A DNA stretch of 64,000 bases. It comes from Candidatus Saccharimonadaceae bacterium (lineage in GTDB: Bacteria; Patescibacteriota; Saccharimonadia; Saccharimonadales; Saccharimonadaceae). The stretch lies in contig JBDHUM010000001.1 of assembly GCA_039809125.1 (NCBI GenBank), forward strand, positions 14,711 to 78,710, read 5' to 3'. Below are positions 1 through 9,275 of the stretch, in pieces (the first letter of the stretch is position 1; each line of letters starts with the position of its first letter). Made by a program: the position numbers and the translations under genes. The notes beneath the pieces are model-generated. The model had not been told where the DNA came from, did no database searches, and was given only the letters and a program-made list of their open reading frames with translations.

Positions 1-2
1 GT

Positions 3-320
3 GCTCGTCTTGCATTATCAACCTTAGTGTATTCGTTTCATAAGTCAATTGGCGCAATGGTTGCAGCGTTAAACGGGGTTGACTCGTTGGTATTTACTGG
101 GACCGCGGGAGAACGGTCTTCTTATTTACGCGAGCGAATTGTTAAGAACTTAGCGTATTGCGATTTTTGGATAGATAAAGCCGAAAACGAACGCTGCCGT
201 TTGCCTTTACGCCGTCGGACAATTTCAGCAAAGGCACGGTCGAAGCCAATTTTTGTTGTACCGACTCATGAAGCTAGGCAGATCGCCGTCCACACAATAA
301 CTAACTGCCTACCAAAATAG
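3..320 (+). CDS. ackA: acetate kinase, C-terminal fragment (5' end outside window)
   Basis: The reading frame is open from the window edge. 'GVDSLVFTGTAGERSSYLRERI' matches the conserved C-terminal block of acetate/propionate kinases. Confidence 0.7.
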   Translation, partial: ARLALSTLVYSFHKSIGAMVAALNGVDSLVFTGTAGERSSYLRERIVKNLAYCDFWIDKAENERCRLPLRRRTISAKARSKPIFVVPTHEARQIAVHTITNCLPK

Positions 321-345
321 TAAACTGTAGTACAATATCAGCTGT

Positions 346-1728
346 ATGACACAATGGTTAAACTGGTTTTCGAGCTTAATTCGTAGGAAAACAACTGATG
401 AAAACAGCGTTCATGATCATAATCTCATGCACGCGCAGCGTCGATACCGCAAGTTTGGTCGTGCTGTTCGCGTACTTGGACCGGGTATTGTGACTGGTGC
501 AGCTGATGATGATCCAAGTGGTATTGCAACCTACTCCCAGGCCGGTGCGATCTACGGGTACAGCCTACTTTGGATGTTCCCGGTTATGTTTCCGTTGCTT
601 TTTGCGGTGCAAGAAAGCTGTGCTCGGATCGGTGCGGTTAGTGGTGATGGATTAGCAGCTTTACTGAAACGCTATTACAGCAAGAAGTTACTTTATGGAT
701 CAGTTACGCTAGTTGTAGTTGCCAATGTTGTTAATATTGGTGCCGATTTAGCGGCAATGGCGGCTGCTGTTGAGCTGCTAGTGCCCGGTTTGCCGATTAC
801 CGGATTAGCGATTTTTTTTGGTATTGTTTGTGTGGTAATGCAAATCACTGTACCATATAAACGCTACGCAAAAATTCTGAAGTGGCTTGCGATTACATTG
901 TTTGCCTACCCAATAACAGCTTTTTTGGTTGGACAACCGTGGTTAACTGTTTTAGAACGAACGCTTGTTCCAGAAATTACATTTAATAAAGACATCATCT
1001 ACTTGATGGTTGGTATTTTGGGCACAACGATATCACCGTATTTATTTTTTTGGAATACTTCAGAAGTAGTCGAAGAAGAGGTTGAGAAGAAACGTCTGCA
1101 TGTATCTTCGACTATGGCTGTACCTCGTATCAGTCGGGCGTTTATACGGAATATCAGGATCGACACATTTGTCGGGATGTTGCTGGCAGCGGTGTCGGCC
1201 TGGTTTATCGTGGTTGCCTGTGCCTCTGTACTTAATATGAATGGTATCAAGGAAATTGAAACAGCGGCCGACGCGGCAGCAGCACTGGAGCCACTAGTAC
1301 AAGGTTTTCCATATGCCGGATTAATCGCAAAACTTTTATTTGCGGTCGGTATTATCGGAGTCGGCTTGCTGGCAGTACCAGTACTGGCTGGATCATCAAG
1401 CTATGCACTCAGTGAAGCACTTGGAATTCGCGAGGGCTACTACCGAAAATTTAAAAAAGCACATGGATTTTATGGCATCATCACATTTGCAACAGTTGCT
1501 GGAATCATCATTAACTTTATTGGTATTCCGCCGATTCAAGCTTTGATATTCTCAGCCGTGTTTAATGCTATAGCAAGTGTTCCATTGCTCTGGATGATCT
1601 ATAGAGTTGGCAATAATCGTGAAATAATGGGTGATTATCGTAATGGACGCTGGAGTAATGCCGGAGTTATGACAGCGTTTTTGGTGATGTTGCTTGCGAC
1701 TATAATTTTGTTGACATCATTATTTTAG
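346..1728 (+). CDS. NRAMP/SLC11-family cation transporter, non-canonical metal site
   Basis: 460 aa, polytopic. The TM1 block 'GPGIVTGAADDDPSGIATYSQAGA' is typical of NRAMP relatives. It has DPSG instead of DPGN, and 'GTTISPY' instead of 'GAxxMPH'. Confidence 0.8.
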   Translation: MTQWLNWFSSLIRRKTTDENSVHDHNLMHAQRRYRKFGRAVRVLGPGIVTGAADDDPSGIATYSQAGAIYGYSLLWMFPVMFPLLFAVQESCARIGAVSGDGLAALLKRYYSKKLLYGSVTLVVVANVVNIGADLAAMAAAVELLVPGLPITGLAIFFGIVCVVMQITVPYKRYAKILKWLAITLFAYPITAFLVGQPWLTVLERTLVPEITFNKDIIYLMVGILGTTISPYLFFWNTSEVVEEEVEKKRLHVSSTMAVPRISRAFIRNIRIDTFVGMLLAAVSAWFIVVACASVLNMNGIKEIETAADAAAALEPLVQGFPYAGLIAKLLFAVGIIGVGLLAVPVLAGSSSYALSEALGIREGYYRKFKKAHGFYGIITFATVAGIIINFIGIPPIQALIFSAVFNAIASVPLLWMIYRVGNNREIMGDYRNGRWSNAGVMTAFLVMLLATIILLTSLF

Positions 1729-1736
1729 AGTAAAGA

Positions 1737-2303
1737 TTATAGATTTCGCATGATGTAGCCGGAAATAACACCAACTAAGATAATTCCTGCACCGAGGAGG
1801 GTTGTCTCAAGCGCATCACGCATACGCGGCATGCCTAGCATATACGCTCGCCACCACCCAGCGAGGGCTAATAGCGTCAGTGTGACGATTACACACCACA
1901 CGATGGCGAGTATGGTATTGCCGAGGATAAATAGCGGAATGATTGAGATAAAACTAATAGCAAAATAAGAAATAAATTCAATAAATGCTGGCATAAAGTA
2001 GTGACTAAATTTACTTTGCTTCTCACGACCATCGAGCTCATCGAGATAATGTTCACTTGAGTACTTAACGCTTGCATTGTTGAAACCGTTGACAATAATT
2101 GAGATAATTCCTGTCACTAAAAGAGCATGACGAGGCAAATCCGTAAAAGCAAGCGCAACAACAATGCTTGCGCCGATAGCGAATCCTCCTTCAAAACCTT
2201 CGAAGGCAGCCAGGAAACGTTGGGCAGACATCGGTAAAGTAAGTGTGCGGCGAGCTGCATGTAGGGGATGGTGTTTTGATGAAGAGCCTATTTTGGTATA
2301 CAT
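1737..2303 (-). CDS. VIT1/CCC1-like membrane protein (putative Fe/Mn transporter)
   Basis: 188 aa with a hydrophobic N-terminal segment, an acidic loop 'SSEHYLDELDGRE' and three C-terminal TM helices. The layout resembles the VIT family, but the assignment is weak. Confidence 0.4.
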   Translation of the reverse strand: MYTKIGSSSKHHPLHAARRTLTLPMSAQRFLAAFEGFEGGFAIGASIVVALAFTDLPRHALLVTGIISIIVNGFNNASVKYSSEHYLDELDGREKQSKFSHYFMPAFIEFISYFAISFISIIPLFILGNTILAIVWCVIVTLTLLALAGWWRAYMLGMPRMRDALETTLLGAGIILVGVISGYIMRNL

Positions 2304-2320
2304 GATGATTTTAGTGTACC

Positions 2321-2854
2321 ATGATACTGAGAGATGTATACAGAAAGACGCGTATGATTGATGTAATGCTTCGAATTGTTGCCGATGGTTTTGTGGTGAT
2401 TATTTTTCTAATTGCAGCCTATAGTTTTATTGTCAAAATTCCGAAGCAGATGTGGAAATATTGGGCCATACGTATTGTTCTAGCGGGAATCACCTCCTAC
2501 CTATTCGCTAAACTGATTGCATATTTTTACCAACCAGAGACATTACGTCCATTCGAAAAACTTGGCGTTGATGCTGGAGCAGCATACTTGAATAACCCTG
2601 GGTTTCCGAGCGACCATGCTTTATTTGCCATGTTTCTGACACTTGCAGTCTGGTTTTCAACACGTCACAAGGCACTCTCGGTGATACTATTGAGTTTGAC
2701 GCTATTGATGGGTGCAGCTAGAGTGCTAGCCTTGGTACATACCCCGACAGATGTGATTGGCGGTTGCTTAATAGCGATAGTTGGATGCGTATGGTATGGA
2801 CATATGCCGGAAAAAGTAGTAAAGTTGTATAAAAGAGGAGAGAAGAATGAATAA
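2321..2854 (+). CDS. PAP2-family phosphatase (BcrC/undecaprenyl-diphosphatase-like)
   Basis: The three PAP2 motifs are present: 'ETLRP', 'PSDH' and 'ARVLALVHTPTDV'. The protein is multi-TM. The start is uncertain (ATG at 2321, 2354 or 2366). Confidence 0.75.
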   Translation: MILRDVYRKTRMIDVMLRIVADGFVVIIFLIAAYSFIVKIPKQMWKYWAIRIVLAGITSYLFAKLIAYFYQPETLRPFEKLGVDAGAAYLNNPGFPSDHALFAMFLTLAVWFSTRHKALSVILLSLTLLMGAARVLALVHTPTDVIGGCLIAIVGCVWYGHMPEKVVKLYKRGEKNE

Positions 2855-3350
2855 CGATACTACGCTTGTGGCGACAAACGCCGAACGTATTGAGCCAATT
2901 GTACCAATGTCGAGAGCAGAGCTGATGCGAGTGTTTGTGATAGGTCTTGCGGCAGGTCTAGTTGCGTTGGGTGCGTATATGCTTCTAAAACAGTACGTGT
3001 TTGACCGTGCAATGTGCACTACAGATGCTTCAGCAACCTGTGCTCAATCGCCAACTTACTCGATGATTGTGAGTATGGTGTTGTCAGCGCTAGCTACACT
3101 AGTGGCACTTGTGCAATCACGTACATTCCGTCCACTGCTGGTTGTAATAGCAGCATCAATAGCTTTGTGGGGATTTGAGCGGCTACTCGTCAGTGCTTTA
3201 CCTTGGTATCTTGAGCTAGTGTTAGGCGCAGTATTATTTGGACTAGTGTACGTGTTATTCGCTTGGGTTGTTCGAATTCGTTCGTTTATCGTTGCTGCAA
3301 TTGTTGCACTCGTCTTGGCTATTGCAGTGCAGCTTGTAGCAATTAGCTAG
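2847..3350 (+). CDS. hypothetical membrane protein
   Basis: 167 aa with about four hydrophobic helices. It overlaps the PAP2 stop by 8 nt (ATGAATAA). I recognise no motif. Confidence 0.5.
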   Translation: MNNDTTLVATNAERIEPIVPMSRAELMRVFVIGLAAGLVALGAYMLLKQYVFDRAMCTTDASATCAQSPTYSMIVSMVLSALATLVALVQSRTFRPLLVVIAASIALWGFERLLVSALPWYLELVLGAVLFGLVYVLFAWVVRIRSFIVAAIVALVLAIAVQLVAIS

Positions 3351-3359
3351 TGCTATACT
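3351..3359 (+). promoter_or_regulatory. extended -10 (TGcTATACT) 6 nt before the rmuC ATG
   Basis: TG at 3351-3352, TATACT at 3354-3359, ATG at 3366. Confidence 0.55.
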
Positions 3360-3365
3360 AGATTC

Positions 3366-4445
3366 ATGGATAGCATACTTTTACTAGTTATCGTTTTAGC
3401 GGTGGTTGTGATTGGTTTTGGTGTAATTATTTTTTTGTTGCAGACAAAACTAAATGAACTACGTAATCATACTGCCGTCGAAATGGTGAAGGGTGATATG
3501 GTAGAGTTATCACGAAGCATCACCCAGCTTCAATCGAATATGACACAACAGCTTACTCAAAGTTCCTCTTCAGTGCAACATTCACTACAAAAACAGTTGA
3601 GTGAAAGTGCTCGTTTGGTGGCTGATGTCACTCAGCGGCTAACAAAACTCGATGAAACAAACAAACGGGTAGTCGATGTTGCGGATGAACTAAAGACATT
3701 GCAGAACGTATTGAGCAACCCAAAACAACGCGGAGTTTTTGGCGAATTTTATCTAGAAAGCGTTTTAGAAAACGTCTTGCCGGTCGGACAGTATCAAATG
3801 CAGTACAAGTTTCGTGATGGAGAGACGGTAGACGCAGTGATATTTCTTGAAAAAGGTCAGGTATTACCGATCGATAGCAAGTTTAGCCTCGAAAACTATA
3901 ATCGAATGATCCAGGCTGAGACAAAGGATGAACGCGACCGACTATTACAGAAGGTAAAAGTCGACTTAAAAAACCGTATTGACGAAACAAGCAAGTACAT
4001 TCGTCGCAGCGAAAAAACCATGGATTTTGCGTTCATGTTTATCCCGTCGGAATCACTGTACTATGACTTACTGATTAATAATGTTGGCCAAGGCGGTAGT
4101 TCGCGGGACTTGATCGAGTACGCATTTCGCGATAAACGTGTTATCATTGTGAGCCCAACTAGTTTTATGGCATATCTGCAGACGGTACTGCAAGGGTTGC
4201 GTAGCTTACAAATCGAAGAGCAGGCCAAAGACATTCAAGAACGTGTTGGCAAACTCGGTACTCATATTGCTAAATTTGAGACGTTTATGCAGAAGCTAGG
4301 TTCGTCGCTTTCTACTACTGTCAACCACTATAATTCGGCGCACAAAGAGTTGGCAAAAGTTGACAAAGACATCGTAAAAATCGCCGATCATAGTGATAAG
4401 CACGTCGAACCGCTAGCAATTGAAAAACCATTACAAGACGAATAG
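3366..4445 (+). CDS. rmuC: DNA recombination protein RmuC
   Basis: N-terminal TM helix, a coiled coil, then 'PKQRGVFGEFYLESVLENVLP...VDAVIFL...PIDSKF', which is characteristic of RmuC. Confidence 0.85.
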   Translation: MDSILLLVIVLAVVVIGFGVIIFLLQTKLNELRNHTAVEMVKGDMVELSRSITQLQSNMTQQLTQSSSSVQHSLQKQLSESARLVADVTQRLTKLDETNKRVVDVADELKTLQNVLSNPKQRGVFGEFYLESVLENVLPVGQYQMQYKFRDGETVDAVIFLEKGQVLPIDSKFSLENYNRMIQAETKDERDRLLQKVKVDLKNRIDETSKYIRRSEKTMDFAFMFIPSESLYYDLLINNVGQGGSSRDLIEYAFRDKRVIIVSPTSFMAYLQTVLQGLRSLQIEEQAKDIQERVGKLGTHIAKFETFMQKLGSSLSTTVNHYNSAHKELAKVDKDIVKIADHSDKHVEPLAIEKPLQDE

Positions 4446-4454
4446 CTTATATAC

Positions 4455-4489
4455 AAAAAATCTCGCCTGTCCTGAGGGCGAGATTTTTT
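4455..4489. terminator. bidirectional rho-independent terminator between rmuC and the MIP channel gene
   Basis: A6, then the stem TCTCGCC / GGCGAGA with a 9-nt loop, then T6. It lies between convergent genes. Confidence 0.8.
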
Positions 4490-4504
4490 GTTTCGACAAA
4501 CTGA

Positions 4505-5434
4505 CTATCCGCGGAAGCGATAGCCGAGCAAGCGAGATAGGTTTGCGCCAAGTGCGGCACCAACTAACGTACCACCAAGAACTTCCCAGCCAATTCGTGA
4601 GAATTTCTTCTCATCCTTTTCAGCTTGAGAACTACGTAGTTGAGATTCTGGAACCTCGGTTGCGGCAACGGCAACAGCAGGATTTAATGTCGCACCACCT
4701 GCATAAATTACGTGTGGGATTTTTGGTTGGTTTTTCGCATCTGCGCTTTCGCTAGCAGCAGTCTGGTAGTTTGCAATTGCTTGCGTACGAGCGTTGTTGT
4801 ACAGACTTGTTGATGCCACCAGTGCGACAAAAAGTGACAAACCAATTCCGAACGCTTTAGCGCTAGCAGAAAGGTCGAGCCGGCTGATCACTGAAGTTAG
4901 TCCCCAAAGGAAAATCGCTGTTCCGATAAGTTCAACAAAGAAAACACTCCAGCTGAATTCGTTGAAGTGACCGAAGAAATCAATGTTTAACTTACTATTG
5001 CTGACACTTGTCATAACAACGACGGCTGCGATTGCACCGAGTAGCTGCGCTACCCAGTAAAATGGTACCAAAACTGTACGAAGTCGTTGGCTGGCCCAAA
5101 GACCGAAAGTAACGGCTGGGTTGACATGTGATCCTGAAACAGCGCCAATGGTCATTACCAAAACAGCCAGAGTCAAACCAACATAAAGTGGTACAACATC
5201 AGATGCTGTCATGAGCGCGACGGTAGTTAGCACAAACGTGCCAACTAATTCTGCCAGTACAATATTAACTAGATTGTTATCAAGTTTGCGAGCGGTTGAG
5301 TTGCCGGTGCCGCTAGCAACACTTCGCGACGGAACGTCGCTTGCTTTGACTGTACGTACAGTTGTACGTGATCGAGCCGGAGCCGATTTACGGGCGGTCG
5401 AAGTAGTTTTTTTAGTGGCCTTCTTTGTAGCCAT
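4505..5434 (-). CDS. MIP-family channel (aquaporin/glycerol facilitator) with a basic N-terminal tail
   Basis: Two NPA boxes ('HVNPAVTFG' and 'LNPAVAVA') and six TM helices. There is a ~55-aa K/R/S/T-rich N-terminal extension. AAGGAGG lies 9 nt upstream of the ATG. Confidence 0.85.
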   Translation of the reverse strand: MATKKATKKTTSTARKSAPARSRTTVRTVKASDVPSRSVASGTGNSTARKLDNNLVNIVLAELVGTFVLTTVALMTASDVVPLYVGLTLAVLVMTIGAVSGSHVNPAVTFGLWASQRLRTVLVPFYWVAQLLGAIAAVVVMTSVSNSKLNIDFFGHFNEFSWSVFFVELIGTAIFLWGLTSVISRLDLSASAKAFGIGLSLFVALVASTSLYNNARTQAIANYQTAASESADAKNQPKIPHVIYAGGATLNPAVAVAATEVPESQLRSSQAEKDEKKFSRIGWEVLGGTLVGAALGANLSRLLGYRFRG

Positions 5435-5491
5435 ACTCTATTTCCTCCTTTAAAACTAGAATATAACGCTAGTATAGCATATACTAATTCT

Positions 5492-5734
5492 ATGGGGCTA
5501 TATATTAACCAAAATCAGAATCGAACTGAATTACAGCAGAGGCTTGATGCCGAATTAAGAGCTAAAGTGGCTGCACGCTCAAAGCAAGATAATCTGGAAC
5601 ATGACGGCATCGACGATAGTGCTTATATCGAAGGCACTAAACAAACGACATCACTTGATTGGGCATGGCTTGTAATTGGACTAGTAGTTATAATATTGCT
5701 CGGTACGTTTATTTATATGCTGAGTCAAGGATAG
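5492..5734 (+). CDS. hypothetical small protein with a C-terminal TM anchor
   Basis: 80 aa, charged N-terminal half, one C-terminal TM helix. TATACT lies 6 nt upstream of the ATG. Confidence 0.45.
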   Translation: MGLYINQNQNRTELQQRLDAELRAKVAARSKQDNLEHDGIDDSAYIEGTKQTTSLDWAWLVIGLVVIILLGTFIYMLSQG

Positions 5735-5741
5735 ACGAGCT

Positions 5742-6776
5742 GTGGATTTTGATCAAATAAAACAGCAGCTATGTTACGAAGTTGAGAAGACCGATACACC
5801 GCGAAGTGTTTTAAAATCGGCTGAGCTGAGGGCTTTGTATCAAGCGATTAAACAGCAGCCAGCTGAAAACCGAGCTGAGTTCGGTGCGAAGGTAAACGCA
5901 TTGAAGCAAGTAGTCGAAGAAGCAATAGAAAAACGTGAAGCTAGTTTGAATGTGAAGATGCTTGAGCCGATTGACGTGACAGCACCTATGGATACCAACA
6001 CTCCCATCCCTGCTTTAATGGCTGGCTCAACTGGATCGATTCATCCGATCTCTCAGGAAATAGGTTACATGAGTGATATTTTGCAGCGGATGGGCTTTCG
6101 TGTTTACGGATCACGGGAAATCGATGATCAGTACCATATGTTTGAAACTCTGAACTTCCCAAAAGGACATCCTGCACGTGACGATTATGATACTTTCATG
6201 ACAATTGAAACCGACAGCGACGGTGATCAATTAATTGCACCCGCTCATACTAGCACTATGCAAAATCGGATTTTGCGCGAACTAAAACCACAGCTCGAAA
6301 ATGGCGAACCAATTGCTGCAACGAGTATTGATCGTGTGTTTCGCAATGAAGATTTAGACGCTAGACATGAGCATACGTTTTATCAGTGCGAGGGTGTGTA
6401 TGTCGATAAAGGAATTCATGCTGGTATGCTGGTTGCGACATTGAAGACATTTTTAGAAGACTACTTTGGTCGCGAGATCGACGAACGGGTCAACCCATTT
6501 TACTTTCCATTTACTGAACCAAGTTTTGAATTTAGCTTAGGATGTCCATTTTGCGACAAAAAAGGTTGTTCGATTTGTTCGCAAAGCGGGTGGATTGAGT
6601 TACTTGGCTGTGGAATGATTCATCCAAATGTACTGAAGGCAGCTAATATCGATCCAGTCATTTATACTGGCTTTGCTTGGGGGGTAGGCGTGGAACGACT
6701 GATTATGATGAAACATGGCATTGAAGATATTCGTCATTTTGAAAGTGCGAAATTAGATTTTTTGAGGCAGTTTTAG
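5742..6776 (+). CDS. pheS: phenylalanine--tRNA ligase alpha subunit
   Basis: Class II aaRS motifs ('HPARD', 'FRNE', 'GFAWGVGVERL'). GTG start. pheT follows directly. Confidence 0.95.
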   Translation: MDFDQIKQQLCYEVEKTDTPRSVLKSAELRALYQAIKQQPAENRAEFGAKVNALKQVVEEAIEKREASLNVKMLEPIDVTAPMDTNTPIPALMAGSTGSIHPISQEIGYMSDILQRMGFRVYGSREIDDQYHMFETLNFPKGHPARDDYDTFMTIETDSDGDQLIAPAHTSTMQNRILRELKPQLENGEPIAATSIDRVFRNEDLDARHEHTFYQCEGVYVDKGIHAGMLVATLKTFLEDYFGREIDERVNPFYFPFTEPSFEFSLGCPFCDKKGCSICSQSGWIELLGCGMIHPNVLKAANIDPVIYTGFAWGVGVERLIMMKHGIEDIRHFESAKLDFLRQF

Positions 6777-6777
6777 C

Positions 6778-9246
6778 ATGAAAGTAAGTCTGAATACCAT
6801 TAAACAATTTATTGACTTTGAACTGCCACCAGTTGATGAATTAGTGGCGCGGATAAATCAGCAGCTTGGCGGGGTCGAAGAAGTTATTCATCTTGGAGAG
6901 AGATATGAACATGCACGAATTGTTCGTGTAGCAGAGTGTGCACGACACCCCAACGCAGACAAGCTAAGTGTCTGCAAGATTGATGTGGGTGGTGAGCTCG
7001 TGCAAGTTGTTTGCGGAGCACCGAATGTTCACGCAAACATGTGGACAGTATGGCTGCCACCAGAATCGATCGTGCCAAGTACAGCTGGGGATAAAGAGCC
7101 ACTTAAACTAAAGAGTCGTGAAATACGCGGCATTGTCAGCAATGGCATGTTGGCGGCGGGAGATGAACTTGCCATCAATAGCGATCATGATGGGATTGTT
7201 GAAATTGATTTAGACGAATGGCGACCATACAATGTTGAGCTGAAGGCGGGCGCACTTTTTGCTGAAGTGTTTGGATTGAATGACACGATAATTGATATCG
7301 AAAATAAAATGTTTACTCATCGTCCTGATTTGTTTGGCCAATTAGGTGTAGCACGTGAGATTGCTGGGATTTTGGGACATCAATTTGTAAGTCCAGAATG
7401 GTACACGAAAAAACCTGAATTTGAGAATCGCGAAGGTCTTGCGCTTGAAGTTTTTAATGATGCCAACAAAAAAGTACCGCGTTTGGTTGTTGCAACAATG
7501 CAGAAAGTTGAAGTTAAACAAAGTCCACTTTGGCTTCAGTGTGCGTTAATAGCAATGGGCTCAAAGTCGATCAACAATATCGTGGACGTCACGAACTATA
7601 TTATGCTTTTGACAGCACAACCTACACACGCGTATGACTATGACAAACTCCGCGGTCACAAACTTGGTGCACGCATGGCTAAAAAAAGTGAAAAAATTAG
7701 CTTACTCAACGGCAAGACATATGAACTTGATGAAGATGACATTGTGATTGTTGATGGCGAAGGTCCGATTGGTCTTGCAGGCATCATGGGTGGCGGTAAT
7801 AGCGAGGTAAGTTCTGATACAAAAAATATTGTACTAGAAGTTGCGAACTTTGATATGTATACGCTGCGAAAATCGAGTATGCGTCACGGAATTTTTACAG
7901 ATGCGCTGAGGCGTTTTAACAAGGGTCAATCACCTCTTCAAAACGATCGTGTTATGAACTTGCTGATGAGCAGCATTATGGATGTTTCATCAGCCGAGCA
8001 AGCTAGTCGTGTGTTCGACGTTGGTAATTTTAATGATTGCTTGTCGTCAGATGCTGTTCATACGGCCGATTCACTCGATGTTACGACTGACTTTATCAAC
8101 CAGCGATTAGGGATTAACTTATCTGCCGATGAACAGATAAAATTACTCAAAAATGTTGAATTAAAAATTGAGACTGACGTTAATGGCTTAAAGATATACT
8201 CCGCTTTTTGGCGCACCGACATTGAAGATCCAGAAGATGTCGTCGAAGAGATCGGCCGACTATATGGGTTCGAGAAATTACCACGTGAACTGCCAGGCCG
8301 TAGTGCTAAACCAGCGCCAAAAAATCATATGATCGAACTAAAGCAGAACCTACGTAATGCTATGCAGAAAGCTGGTGCCAATGAAGTTTTGACGTATAGT
8401 TTTGTGCATGAAAGAATTATTAAAAAGGCGAAGCAGGACGTTAACCAGGCATTTCAGCTCTCAAATGCATTGAGCCCGGATTTGCAATATTATCGTCTGA
8501 GTATTTTGCCGAGCTTGCTTGATAAGGTGCATATGAATATAAAGCAAGGGCACGATGAGTTTGTTTTATATGAAATCGGTAAAGTACATAACAAACAACA
8601 GTATGCAGACGATGATGAGCTACCTAAAGAGATGGCTATGGTCGATGCAATTTATGCAAGCAAGACAGAGCAGAACGGCGCCGCATATTATTATATGAAG
8701 CGATTAGTAGAGCAGCTCACTAATGACCTAGGATTAAATGTGGTGTTTAAGAAAATCACCCAACCCATTAGTACCCCTCAGGTGGCACCGTTCGATCAGG
8801 AACGATCCGCCTTAATAGAGACAGAAAGTGGCGAGTTTGTCGGTATCGTCGGTGAACTTAATCAGTACGTCCAGCAAGGATTTAAATTGCCGCCATACGT
8901 TGCTGCTTTTTCGCTCGATAGTACCGCACTACTTGATGCAGTAAGCACGAAAACAACGCATTATCAGCCACTCAGCCGTTATCCTAGCGTTACACAAGAT
9001 GTATCGATAGTTACAATCAAATCGTTACCGTACGAGACGATCTATAACACGATTCAAAAAGCATTGATGGAGAAAAAAGGTACGATACATGTGACAGTTG
9101 TGCCAGTTACAATTTATCAATCTGAGGGTAGTAACCAAAAGACCACGACACTGCGAATTCGTGCAGTCGATCATAATCGTACTTTGACTGATGATGAGGT
9201 AGGTGAGTTAGTTGATTATGTATTGACTGCGTCGCAATCTCTATAA
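6778..9246 (+). CDS. pheT: phenylalanine--tRNA ligase beta subunit
   Basis: 822 aa. N-terminal tRNA-binding domain ('HPNADKLSVCKIDVG'), B3/4 and B5 regions. Begins 1 nt after the pheS stop. Confidence 0.95.
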   Translation: MKVSLNTIKQFIDFELPPVDELVARINQQLGGVEEVIHLGERYEHARIVRVAECARHPNADKLSVCKIDVGGELVQVVCGAPNVHANMWTVWLPPESIVPSTAGDKEPLKLKSREIRGIVSNGMLAAGDELAINSDHDGIVEIDLDEWRPYNVELKAGALFAEVFGLNDTIIDIENKMFTHRPDLFGQLGVAREIAGILGHQFVSPEWYTKKPEFENREGLALEVFNDANKKVPRLVVATMQKVEVKQSPLWLQCALIAMGSKSINNIVDVTNYIMLLTAQPTHAYDYDKLRGHKLGARMAKKSEKISLLNGKTYELDEDDIVIVDGEGPIGLAGIMGGGNSEVSSDTKNIVLEVANFDMYTLRKSSMRHGIFTDALRRFNKGQSPLQNDRVMNLLMSSIMDVSSAEQASRVFDVGNFNDCLSSDAVHTADSLDVTTDFINQRLGINLSADEQIKLLKNVELKIETDVNGLKIYSAFWRTDIEDPEDVVEEIGRLYGFEKLPRELPGRSAKPAPKNHMIELKQNLRNAMQKAGANEVLTYSFVHERIIKKAKQDVNQAFQLSNALSPDLQYYRLSILPSLLDKVHMNIKQGHDEFVLYEIGKVHNKQQYADDDELPKEMAMVDAIYASKTEQNGAAYYYMKRLVEQLTNDLGLNVVFKKITQPISTPQVAPFDQERSALIETESGEFVGIVGELNQYVQQGFKLPPYVAAFSLDSTALLDAVSTKTTHYQPLSRYPSVTQDVSIVTIKSLPYETIYNTIQKALMEKKGTIHVTVVPVTIYQSEGSNQKTTTLRIRAVDHNRTLTDDEVGELVDYVLTASQSL

Positions 9247-9275
9247 TAATCTAACTCTAAAAAAGAGACTTCTCT

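Noticed and set aside
4420-4755. 111-aa plus-strand ORF opposite the MIP channel gene. Similar shadow ORFs occur at 58565-58975, 22126-22476 and 46370-46717.
   Set aside because: All lie antisense to or inside genes with strong motif support and have no start signals of their own.
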